64,000 bases of DNA. Origin: Rhodosorus marinus CCMP1338. Taxonomy: Eukaryota > Plantae > Rhodophyta. The notes beneath the pieces are model-generated. The model had not been told where the DNA came from and ran no database searches. It saw only the letters and a program-made list of their open reading frames with translations. The stretch is from NCBI GenBank assembly GCA_029953675.1, contig JAMWBK010000002.1, forward strand, positions 2,914,001-2,978,000. Direction: 5' to 3'. Shown in pieces: positions 49,182-61,010 of this stretch (positions are counted from its first letter, which is position 1; each line of letters starts with the position of its first letter). The position numbers were made by a program, and so were the translations under genes.

Positions 49182-51580
49182 GGACTATAATGGGTGTATA
49201 TGAAAAAATGTCTATATAAAGCTGTGTAAGATGAAAGTTTGTGCGGTCGTCGATTGCAACTGTGAAATGAAAATTGGAGACTGTTGAATGCAGTTGCAAA
49301 GAACAGTATGCCTGTGTATATGATCCTCGAAATGGGAAGGGTGTTGAATATATGTATTAAAACTGAAACACCGTTGGAGTTGAACTGTTAGAGTTGACCC
49401 CAGCTGCCACATGACAGTCAAGAGATAATTAGTAGTACAGACGTAAGACCAGTTCAGTCGCAAGCTGAAGTCTGTGATATAGGTGTTGAGTTCACTGTTT
49501 GAGTTGATCTGAACTCATTCAGTCGCAAGCTAGCGTCTGTGAAGTACTTCTTGAGTTGAACTGATTCAGTTGACTTGACGTCGGTTAGCGCGTAGGCGGA
49601 TTTAGATGCCCATGGATGCTGATAAGAGGAATTGGTTGAACGGCCCTCGCGAATAAATCAAACGATATCTAGTGTGAACTGTCCGGTACCTTTGCCAGGG
49701 CTAACACGGCGAGAAGGGGGGGACTACGCTCTACGCAAGTAAGGATCCTCAAGAACTCTGAGTTCCCTCCGAAGTACCAGAGTCGCCTGCGAGAGTCGAT
49801 TGCTCTAAGATCGTTGGGCAGATCCAAAAACAACGGACAAAACAACCAGCCGCTTCGGCGAGGCATGTACGCTGGTTGAAGAACGCGGAGGAAACTCCCC
49901 CAAATACGGCGGCACTATGCTCCCCGTTCCTGCTTGGACGCCAGTCCTGCCCTCTTTTCACAATTGACGTAGCGTATGACAAGCAGCTTGGATGGCGCTC
50001 AACCTCGGAGCGTACTCCATTTCGGGAACCAATATTTGGAACATGTCCAGTGCATACTACGATCAAAACAGAGTTAGAGAGGAATCAAAATTTAGACTGC
50101 GACGGTCATGATTTATATCCGTTGTTTTCCACGATCACCAAAATCTTGTATTGTTCCTCAACCTAGCTTATTTTTAGCAAATTTAAGACCGTTTCCGTCA
50201 TATTCTAAATAGTATATGCTAATATATTTCTTAGTTATCACCTAAATATCTAAATCTATCTCAATGAACAAAATCTGAACAAAATGGGGCAGAATGAACT
50301 TCTTTTGAGGGTGCCTCTTTCTAATTCATGTACATCTCAATCATAATGGATGAGGGCCATACGGAAAAGTTTCTAAATATTGTTTTTTTTGCATATTTAG
50401 AAAGGCACTTTTTTCGCGAACGAGAAGCGTAAAAACTCGGTATTTGGGGATGCCACGTTGGGTAATACTCAGTGCCATTCCTTTGGATTTCCGGAGTGTG
50501 CAAAGAGTTTGAAAAGACGGGCTGTGTACCAGCAAACAGTGCAGACCAACATTGACTTGTTCTCTCCAGCGTATTCCGAGGAGGATATTCGGAGATTTCT
50601 CGTCGAGCCTTTCCAGCCGCGGAGTCCTCCGGCAACGGAACAACTTTTTCCCGATCGCGTTGGAAGCGTCTGGACGGCTGAACGACCACCACGGTCGGTC
50701 CCTCACACGGCATCTGGATCCTAATTCTTCCCCAATCTCACCAGCACTGGAGGCACTATGGAGATATTCTTGGCGGAGTACTCTTGGGTAGTATTGAACG
50801 CTGGAACGTCCCAAACCTGACTCTTAGAGAAATGCATTGACTTGGGTTTTGTTTCACTTGCTGCGTTACACGCCTCGATTCGGGAGGGTTGATTTCTAGC
50901 GGAGAGGATGGCTGTGTAGCTAAACAAAGTAGGCCGATATCGACCTTTCCCTGTCGAGCGTGTTATGAGCAACACATTGGGAAAAAAAAAAATTCCTGGT
51001 CCGGGCTTTCCAGCCTGTGCACTTATTGCCCTCCACTTTTCCGCTTCGTTTAAGAGCCAAACCGACAAGTGCAAGAATCGGGACGGGAGCTGACTTCGTA
51101 TTTGAGCATGCCTTTCTGCGTAACTTCCTACACGGTGTCTAGATTCGTGGTGATGCGAATAATCCCCACCATTTTTTTTGCGTAATCTGAAGAGCAGATA
51201 GTCTCTGATAAGCATCTATATTCTTGCAAGTTTGAGTAGCACCAGTTCATTGCGTTCATAGCGAGCAAGATCTCTACCCGCACAATTCCAAGGAAGACGC
51301 CGGAAGGAAACTTCACAATAACGTCATTCCGTAGGGTGAGCAAGATGCATGTGAAGGTGTGTGTGGGTGTCGAAACCCTTGCACATATGAAATTAGCCTG
51401 ACTATGAATTACCTGACTTCTTTCAACAAATGTTTCTCAAAGCCACATCGCAGCGCCCGCCCATATATCATCGCGGATTCTTGACCATTTGTTACGCTTT
51501 GACGCGGGCAATGGTTGCAATGGTGCCGGCAATGATGGCAACGATGGCATGATGACAACGACGGCATGATGACAACGCTG

Positions 51581-51706
51581 GCAAACGATGGCAATGATGG
51601 CAATGATGGCAATGATGGCAATGATGGCAATGATGGTAATGATGGCAACGATGTCAACGATGTCAACGATGGCAATGATGGCAATTGTGGCAATGGTGGA
51701 GATGGT
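51581..51706. repeat. Degenerate 9-bp minisatellite (GGCAATGAT), about 14 units
   Basis: Five perfect units occupy 51590-51634, followed by variants (ggtaatgat, ggcaacgat, gtcaacgat and others). A 17-bp duplication lies just upstream at about 51543-51576. Confidence 0.93.
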
Positions 51707-54061
51707 CAATGCAAAACCCAATATCAACCTGGACCCCCACCCACTGCGGGGAGCAGTCGGATGCCGTGGATTAGATGGTGTTTAGACTACACACGCAGAA
51801 ACCGTAGCCACGAGAATATCAAATCCTCTAAATTTCCAAACAAGAAAGCAGTAATTCGTTGAAGAGAGAAAAAACCGCCATTCTTGAAGAAAAAAAGGAG
51901 CATGATTGAGGCACGTGGAACGCTGCTTCCACTCCCCCCGAATGGATTCCGATCCAATCTAGAAATTCAGAATAGAGAAAAAAAAGGAGCCACATCCAGG
52001 ACAAATCTTTTTTAGCACTCTCCGAAACATATACTTTCCAAGGGGATTGTACCGACAAGCATAATTTAATCTAAAATAATATACGCGAGAGTGGTTTTGT
52101 TTTCGAATTTATGATATAGAAAATCTAGAAATTCAACTGATTGGAGCCTCTTCCTGATTGACAGATGTATGCAACCGGAGATTCAGGGCCATGGCTTAAA
52201 AAAAGGAAGGAGGATAGCAAAATGAAAACCATTACGAAATAGATTGAAGAAACCAATTTTTTTTGGACAACACAGCAATCTAAAAGTATAAAAAAAACAA
52301 AAACATGAAAATCAATTGATCAATATTTCGATGGAGCCTCCGAATTCACAATACAAAAAATGACGCTCAAGTTCTAGAGGGTCCTATTTTGGGAGCTTTT
52401 TTTGATAGCGGATATTTCGTACGTCTTATTTCGTACGTCTTGTGCTGCCGTTGAAGAAGATCTTTTTTTATGTGAATACAAGAAACTTCTAGTCGCACCT
52501 CCCTTCTTTTTTCCATCACTATTGAATTGCGAGATATCGTATTTTGATTAATTGTTCTAACCACCAAGGGGTTGCGCGCAAGTCACATTTTGAATCTGTT
52601 TTCCTGACCTCTTAAAAACTTTCATTCATTATTTAGGAAACCAATGAAAGCCACAACAAGATCGTATGGCGGGTGTTTTGTACCATCTGAAGATTGCTGA
52701 AGGGGTGCGGAGAAGTTTTCTGCTGCTTGTAATCTCAACTAACGTCCAGGAGCCGCCTTGTAGTCTGATGCACATCGGTTTTCTCTGGACGTCCTCAATC
52801 TCAAAGATTGGTGGGGCGAGGCGGGGTAAGGTTTTTTTCTTTTTGCCGAGCCCCATGGGATTTGATAGTAGTGGCCGCCGTTCCAGCAAAAAAAATTGCC
52901 GGAAGAATCCTCTTAATACATAACAGGCATGCGCTGAATGCTAGCATGACCGGCAGGCCTACCCCCCTGTAGTTTTTTTTGATGATTCCCCGTTCGAATT
53001 GACTTTTTGGTCTCTTTTGCAGGACATGCAAATCTTCTACATTCCTGATTCCACTACTTAATCACAGATCAACGATTGGCGTCCGCTTTGCGTAACAAAC
53101 TATTGATTGGATTGATACTAACGGAGCGTCAGAATCGACGATATGGCTGAGAGTGGGTGCCGTGCTTCTCCTTGTTTCGAGCCAAGAAAAATAAACATAA
53201 TGTGGACTATTTCATTTTTCCATTTTTGGGTGGGGATTCTCCATAACAGGAATCTCAAAACGTTGACCAACTGTCCAAAAATCTTGCGCATCTCCCCCCC
53301 TCCATCCTATTCCAATCTTCTTGTTGTAATCAAAAATATTCTTGAAAATTTTAAAACATTAGTAAGATTCCAACCGCTAGGTGCAATTATGTTCCTCCCG
53401 GAGGGGGGGGTTGTCGTCAGCGCACCAACCAGTAGCCCCGGGAGAATATCAAAAAGATTACGGAGAATCACGGAAAAAATTGCGTATGTCTTATTTTTCA
53501 GGGTGGTGTCGTTGCCAGGGTTACACAGCCACCATTTTCTACTAATAAATCGCTCCACCCCCCTTTTTTCTTCTTAACTTTTTTCTGAATCTTGATCACG
53601 CATCCGAACAGGAGAATTTTCTTTTTTAATTCATATTCGTCGGACGCACCTCGCGTCGAATATTGTGGCCCTCTTCGGAGGGCGCGTGTTCGGGGCCCCT
53701 GTCCATTTTTTCTTATTAAGAAGGTTTTCAATAGTGCGATGCGGGAGGGCGGCAGAGGACCAGAAAAAGTGTCACCACATCCAAATCACCCTGCGTTGAA
53801 ATGAAACCAGAAGGAACAACTATATATAAAGAGGAGACAGGATTTTCTGGACTGCTGAGTAGAAATACGGAACTGAAGCTTCAACGATAGAAGGGAGAAA
53901 TAAAAAGAGCGCGAAAGGAGCTGAATGGTTTAGACGGAGTTGGAAGTATTTTAGGCTGAGGGGGTTGAAGTTTGGATATTTATAGGGGACTTTTCTCTAT
54001 AATGCTCAGATTTGGGGTTTTGTGAGTAATTAGAAGGCTGTTGGAATACATTTGGGATATT

Positions 54062-54547
54062 ATGGGGGAGGGACAGAAAATTGTTCAAGAGCTGCAGAGC
54101 TTGTTGAGTGGTTGCGGCGATGGGCTTGACAAGGCCGATGGTGTTGCGGTGGGGTTGAAGGAGAAGGAGGAGTTGGAGGAGGCTGGGGAGGAGCTTCTTG
54201 CTGGGATTGAGGAGATTGGAAGTCAGGACTTGGAAATTGCGGAATTTGGTGTGGGGAGCGTAGGGCATGTTGTCGATGATGAGGGAGTGGAAGAAACAGT
54301 TGCTGAAGTTGAGGAGGGGGATGTAGACTTTGCGCTGCAGGATGCTCTTGTAGAATTGGAGTGGGGTTCAGCCGTGGAGTTGTTGTCTGATATTGAGCGA
54401 GATGCTGGAACGAAACGAGCTCGGGATGAATCGACAGTCGCCGAGGAAGATATTGAATCCCCGGACGCAAAGTACAGTAGAATAGATGACCAACAAGAAG
54501 CTGTAACGGAGGAATTTTTCAAGTCCGGCCTGGAGGACTTTTTGTAG
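54062..54547 (+). CDS. Highly acidic hypothetical protein, 161 aa
   Basis: This is an ATG-initiated single-exon ORF, very rich in E/D. A TATA-like TATATATAAA lies at 53821-53830. Confidence 0.55.
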   Translation: MGEGQKIVQELQSLLSGCGDGLDKADGVAVGLKEKEELEEAGEELLAGIEEIGSQDLEIAEFGVGSVGHVVDDEGVEETVAEVEEGDVDFALQDALVELEWGSAVELLSDIERDAGTKRARDESTVAEEDIESPDAKYSRIDDQQEAVTEEFFKSGLEDFL

Positions 54548-54628
54548 GACATGCTGATTGCGTGCAAACCGAATCTAACTCTACTAAATGTGTAAAGCGT
54601 ATTATAAGGTTCCATGTAATAAATTTGT

Positions 54629-56036
54629 TTACGAAGTTGAGAATTTGATGATAGATTCCAGAACCTGCTCCCGCACCTCGTCATGATAGCTGGGGTCGGA
54701 GCTTGCAATGAGCCCGTCCAGTATGAAAACCCGTGACGGATCTTTCCCGTCCAATTTCAAAGTGTTGCCTCTTCCGTCCGTGAGCGAGCCTCCGGTCTCC
54801 GTAATGGCTAGCCAGCCCGCTACATGATCCCAGGACTTGATTTCCTGTAAGCGGCTGACACCTTCGACTGGTATCCCGAACTGTACAAACGCAGATACGT
54901 GACCGAGAGCCACTTTGAAGTACTTAATTAAACTCCCTAGACACAAATAGCAAAAAGACGGGGTAAAAGGAAACGGGTGTAAGTCGTGTACGGCAATACC
55001 ACTCTCGGTTGTATTGAAACAATAGCTGTTGGCTAGTGTTGGAATGTATCTCGAGCTACTCACCACAGCAGAGCCTATCCGGTGGGTTGTTCGGACCTAG
55101 TAGGAGCGGCATTACCGGGATGCTAGGTCCGGAGAAAGTCCACGAGGTTAAGGACTTTGCTCCTTTTCGGAATGGATTTGTGTCGAAGCGAGAAGAAACT
55201 TCTTCGTTTGGCTCGTCCAGAGATACTAGTATCGATCCACGGCCTTTCACTGATGCCAAAATGCTTCCAATCGCTGGGCATCCCATCACGGACAGCACGC
55301 AGACGTCTTGGACAATCAAGGCGAGGCCTACGACATACCCGCTTTTCGCCAGGAATCCGCGAGTTCCATCTATTGGATCGAGGACCCAAAATCGTTCAAA
55401 AGTCCCGCCATCCGTGCAGCGGTCTACAGCATGAATCACGTCCTCAGGTTTCAGAGGGGAGCCTACTCGGTTGTCTGCCTCGGAGGATGATACAAGACCA
55501 GTGACACGAGCAGCTAGATGTTCATTCTCATGCAGCGGTGATGAGTCCTCTTCTCCGATAAGTCCATCCTGAAGTGTCTTGGGACGGTCAGAATACATTG
55601 CACCTATGGCTTTCTGGCGACTCGGAATGACAGATCGTACCTCTGGGAAGCATCTCTCGAGTTCAAGGCTGACGATGGCCTGGATTGCTAGGTCTGCGCT
55701 CGTAACCGGTGTAGCGTCGCATTTTTCAGTCGCACATTCTACCACATCTTCTTGAACCTGAAAAAGCATCGTCCTTCAGAATCAAACTCGAACCCACAAG
55801 CGAGCGAACATTTTGGGGTGCGCTGTTCGGAAACCGGATGTCAAAAGTACCTTGAAGCAGACTCTACATGCGCTTCGGACAGCCCTCACTGCGACTTCAA
55901 TCTCGCTTCGAAGATCTGTGCTTGCATCGTTGTCCTGACAAGTCGTTCTGGTCTTGCGCGGTCTCCTCACCACGTTTGCATTCACAACGAAGCTTGCCAA
56001 GTAGCCACCGGTTCGCATCTCTCGGGTTACATTCAT
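54629..56036 (-). CDS. Inositol monophosphatase superfamily, 3'(2'),5'-bisphosphate nucleotidase (SAL1/HAL2-like), probably organelle-targeted; exons 56036-55851, 55757-55641, 55568-55064, 54936-54629; about 371 aa
   Basis: Contains TPVTSADLAIQ, IGEED, RFWVLDPIDGTRGF and WDHVAG. The N-terminal extension includes ASFV. Confidence 0.88.
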
Positions 56037-56312
56037 GGCTCCTCAGATCGAGTATCTAAGATGACCGAACCGTCATTTCTTCCTCAAGAATCGGAAGCAA
56101 CTTCAGAGCTTTCACAACTCGTTGCCGGCGAGGAGAGGTTCAGTCAGCAAATGACTCTGGGCACTTCAGCGTTGGCCGGGGTGGTCACCTAAGCATATCA
56201 ACCTTCAGAAGCTGTGCTCAGCACGAACTTATGAAAGCCACGAAAGGGGCTTTCGATTGAACAGGAGCAGAAGGTCTGGTCAGGCAGGGTATTTTTTCCC
56301 GTTCGATGGAGT

Positions 56313-57781
56313 ATGGTGGACGCTATAAAACTCCACAGCGCAAAGCTTGGGCTGGCGATTCTTCTGGTTGGAAAGACGTCGAGAGTCTTGGGCACGTTTT
56401 GGGCTTTCAGGATGCTTTCAAACTCAAGCAAGAGTGGAGTGCCAGTTCCAATATTCCTTTTTTTCTTGCTTCTGGGATGCGCCTTCGTAGTGATCCCGGT
56501 TCAACAGCCATGGAGAGGAAGGCGGATTGGGATTAAGAAGCTGAGCAGGGTATGTCTTGTTTCCGATGGCATAGAAAGAAATCGCGAGTTTCTCTTCTAA
56601 TGCCTTTGGATATCTGTAGGTGCTCATCGGCGGATGCGTGCTGGATGCAAGCCTGTACTTGTGGCTCAAGGGCTTGGGAGGATGTGGGCCTCTCCGAACG
56701 CTTCTCCTTGATGGCGCGGAATTGCCATTACTTTACCTCTCTGCTTGGTGGACAAAACCGGAGGCTCGCGATAAGGTGAAGACGAGAGCGGTATTGTGTG
56801 TAAGTAGACAGTGAACTGATTCGAGCTCGCCATTTCGTTGGGTTTCGAGCGGCTGACAGCTTTGTTCTGTAGATGCTGCTGGCGTACTTGCTACTGCTTA
56901 TCGATGCGAGCGGAAAGGCCCCGAACCAGGAGATTGTGATCCATGAGTTTCACGAGCTCGAGCGTTTTGGGATCGGACAAAACGCGGAAAAGGCATTCCA
57001 AAGTCTGCGTAGTGGGGCCGGAGGTCAGGGCTCAGCCGCTGGAGAACGAACCGGTCCAAGCAAAAGATCGAGGCTAGCAGACAGGTTAGGCGAGGAAGTT
57101 CTGGCCAACAGGAACCGGATGTCAGCACGAGCACTCCTGAATGTTCAAACTGATGAGGGTCCACCACCAATGTCAAGACCAGAAATAGGGGCGTACCACC
57201 CAGTTGGCACGAAGAGTGAGATAGGGGTAGTCTTTGTACTCCTCTGCAGCGCGTTGCATCAAGCTACCAGGGGTTTCTCAAGGAAGCTTGGAATGGAGCT
57301 TGGCGGGGCGAAGCGATTCTATGCGCTAACCGCAAGCTTTGCTACCGTGATTGTTGCGCCGTGGGCACTGTTCGAACACCTGAACGGAGCTGTGTTCTAT
57401 AGCGTCGCTGACGTTCTTGCCATGATGTCCATAGGGTTTCTCCTGCTCGTTGTTCCGTACTACGCGCGAGCCATGATGTCACCTGATCTAAGCAATAAAT
57501 TTCTTCTTCAAGTAAGTATAGCAGGATTGTTATAGGTAACCTCCTCGCTTCTGAATTCCCGACGACTTTGTTTTCCTCCCCGCCAGGCCAATCTTACTCT
57601 ACCGTTTGTTCTCGCCGCTCTTGGAGAGTTCACAGTCGGCGCTGGAGAAGGAATGCATGGGTTTACCGTTCTCCTCCTGTTAATATTCGCTCTGGATGTC
57701 TTGGGTGTTTTCACTGCCATACACAGGTCTGAGGTTAAACGCGAACGGCCGCCTTCCTCATCTCTCCCGTACAGAAATTGA
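56313..57781 (+). CDS. Multi-pass membrane protein resembling the N-terminal (EamA/DMT-like) region of ZnT5/MTP12/Msc2; exons 56313-56549, 56620-56799, 56873-57511, 57587-57781; about 416 aa
   Basis: It has multiple TM helices and the segment SRKLGMELGGAKRFYALT, which resembles the long-CDF N-terminal region. No CDF transport motifs were seen. Confidence 0.6.
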
Positions 57782-58991
57782 GACCCATCCACGTATTCGC
57801 AAAACTCGCCAGAACTACGTAGTTGTACATGTCTATGAAAATATAACTTCCTTTGCTGCGTGAACGCCTCGTCTCACGTCGTGGGTCAATACTCCATCCC
57901 GTATGTTTCAAGGGGAACGGGGCAACCAGACATTCTTGACCTACGGGTGAACCAAACTCAGAAAAGCAGGGGTTAAGCCAAAGGAACAAGAAGCAAACGG
58001 GCCCTGAACGCAATAGTCTGCTATAGGTATTTTTGATTGGTCTGCTGTCCAAGATCGACTCACGCCATCTTCGCCTGAATGTCGTCAGCACCGACGATCC
58101 CACGGCGGAACAGGAAGCCGACGTTCAATCGATGAAGACTCGTTAATCCCTCGAGTAGTATGAATTTGATACTTTTTATATACGTTTGTCCGGTTGTCAT
58201 TTGCGTCCGATACAAGTTTATTAGACCTCACTTGAGATTACTCAGGTTGCTTGTCTTGTTGCTCGTCCGATATAAGTGCACGGAACCTGTATTGGAAAGA
58301 CAAAAACGGAATTCGTCCGAGAGCTACCCATTATCGTCCGATATGTCTCCATCAGAGACAAATATTGATTGGATTTCAATCTTTTCTTGGGGACAGTGTG
58401 TCCCCGTAATTGGCGTTGTGTCCACTGTGGCATTGTCTGAAGCCTGAGATCGGGAAATAGATTTACATGCAGCAGATTGATGACTTCTAGGAACTCAAGG
58501 TTTTGGCCTTGAAGGTCGAGGGTGTGGAGATGGCGAGTGAACTCCCCGGACGGGGCATCAAACCCCACGCTAAAACCTGCACCAGATTCGCGAGTACGGG
58601 TACACGCTCAGGCCGCACCTATCGGCCTAACAACCAAAGCATTTGCAGAAGCGCAGTTGTGCCTATCTGGGACAGTGCCTTTCCAAAACCTTAGTTCCCG
58701 TTTTACTACTTCACCACTCTCGTCCCCTTTTTCCTGCATCGTCTCCTGGGGCCTCGGCGTGTTTTATCAAGTCCACTTGGCGCTTCATTCAAGGTTTTCC
58801 TCCGCAACGAGCTATCTCCGATTCCCTAACGTTCGACTGCTGCTTTGTTGTTGGACGCACATCATCTCCCTCTCTCCCTTTCCGCTCTTCAGGTATAAAA
58901 GCTCTTAAAAAATTTGTTGTCGTCGTCTGCCTCCTGAATCTAAGTGTAAAAAGAACCGTTAGATTATTTGACAGCCTTGCCTGTCGAACTC

Positions 58992-59120
58992 AGAAGTAAT
59001 CATGATTCAATATATGAGAGTGACAGCTTGTCATCTCGAGAAGTAATCATGATTCAAATATCTAAACCGGAGAGGTTGATTGAATATCGGACGTTTTATC
59101 GGACGTTTTATCGGACGTTT
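58992..59120. repeat. 19-bp direct repeat flanking a small hairpin, plus a 3 x 12-bp tandem repeat
   Basis: agaagtaatcatgattcaa occurs at 58992 and 59039. tatcggacgttt is repeated three times at 59085-59120. Confidence 0.85.
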
Positions 59121-61010
59121 TATCAGACAAGTGTTTTGGAAGAATTTCGATCCACTGCCGTTAAGGTTCTATATTTATTCAATAGTCTATCCTCTAGAAA
59201 AAAATTATCGGATGATTTATGCCTTTTCTCTAGTGTAGTATTTCCAACATATGTTGAGAGGTTCCATGCCCCAGTACAGACGGCACAGGGCGTCATTGAC
59301 GGTCGGCAAAAAAAGGAATACTAAATTGTAATCTGAGAGGATATATCTTTTTTCTAGCTCAGTTAGAATAGCAACATGTTGAATATGCATCCTTATTATA
59401 TTTTATTCCCGAAAATTAAGGAGTATTGCATTTAATTTGGAAAACAAAATCGATAATAATGGAAACTTGTTGACACAAGTTATAGACTATATGGTTGTTA
59501 TTCTGGTCATATTTTCTTAATACCATTTTTCAGCTCTCCCTCTGTGTGTTCGAGGCGGAGCCTCATCTCCAGTAATCGCAATAGGACAACCATGCAGAAG
59601 GGGAGTATGATCCCATCAACCTGGAAATCGAGACAGACCTAGTAGAGGAAGCAGCATGGGGTTTTGTAGACGTCAAAGTATGCTCTATAATTTCATCAAA
59701 CGAAACTATTGAGTTCTGAAATTTAGATTGAAGGGGGGTAATCTGAAGGAGCTCGGACATCAATCCAAAGTTATAAATTTTTTGCAAGGGGGTATATATA
59801 AATGTTCTTTTAGAAAGGATGGCGACTAGTTTGTTTTTTTGGTTTTGCTCGAAAGGCAAACGCTGTGCCCAGTTTTTAACCTTTCATGCCCACTTTGAGC
59901 GTATATATTTCTTATTTTGGACCACTAGCATTGAAAATTCTACTATAAAACATATATAGAGGTTGTACGACCTCCATTTTGAAGAATATTGTGTCTAGAT
60001 TTTGGGCTTGTACATCCTAGAATGAAACCAACGAGGTAAAGCCGGCGAAAATGGAAAGGATAGGCGGAAGGAGCGTGGTGAGAAGCCGCTCTTCAACGTT
60101 TTGGGGGAGAAAGGGATTGAAACAAAGTAAAAGGTAGAAAGAAGGTCACTTTTGGAGGCTTGAAGAACTTCTGAAATCGCACGGAGCTCTGAAAGAGCTT
60201 GTCTATATGTAGAGCAGCTGGAGTGGAAAGGGCGGTCTTTCGTTGTTTTTTTTTGTCGGGAGGTTCGGGGAATTCTTGTGGGAAGGACATGGTCTTGTAA
60301 GGGTTTCGGGAGTTGCGGGAGTTGTTGTAGAGGAGGTTGTGTTATTTGTTTTGCGTTTTTTTCTTCGGTTTTTAAACTGTTGAGGTTGTACTAGAGCGGG
60401 CCTTTGGTCGTAGGCTTTGGTGGTAGTGGTGGTTGAGAGTTTTGCCTCTAGATTCACACTGTAGGTCTGAGGGGAGAAAGGTTCTTTGTGCGTGAGAGAA
60501 AATCTGGCTGAAGGAGCGCTGCTGTTTTTGGTTGCATAGAAATCGGAAAGCTGATCACGAAGGAGCGAGTGCCGACGGGGTAGTATTTGTAAAGGGATCG
60601 TTGGTTTAAGAATTTTGGAACGAAAGGATCTTTAGCAAGGATCTTTTGCTATATTAGTTTGGACAGCGGTTAAATCTTGAATGCTTGATGTGCTTTTGCA
60701 TCGATGAATAGTGCCGAAGCGCTTGCCATGCGATAAGTCTGGAATTTGCGAAGGGCAAAAATGGGAACCTGAGGTTTTTGCGGAGTGTTGATATGTCTCA
60801 CTTCTTTCAATGTGCTCGGATGAGAGGAGTTTGGTTTTGAATTGTACTAGGTTGCGTTTACGCGCTTCTTGGTAGCTTGGAGGGGTGAAATTATTTTTTT
60901 TGGTATCGTGCACAGTGCACAGGGAATGGATTGCGGAGATTAAATACGGATGTATACGTGAGGCGTATTAGACTGGGTTTTGATACCTTTTCTTGGGAAC
61001 TGTTTGAGGC

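Noticed and set aside
50341-51215. Retrotransposon RNase H-like motif (PDASNAIG) in minus-strand ORFs
   Set aside because: This is only a short resemblance to TDAS..AIG. No RT YxDD, integrase or LTR pair was found.
54060-54708. Pro/Gln-rich and Ser/Thr-rich minus-strand ORFs
   Set aside because: These are antisense shadows of the purine-rich acidic ORF at 54062-54547.
58242-58999. Overlapping ORFs on both strands downstream of the membrane-protein gene
   Set aside because: The frames are interrupted by stops and carry no family motifs. They do not supply the missing CDF domain.
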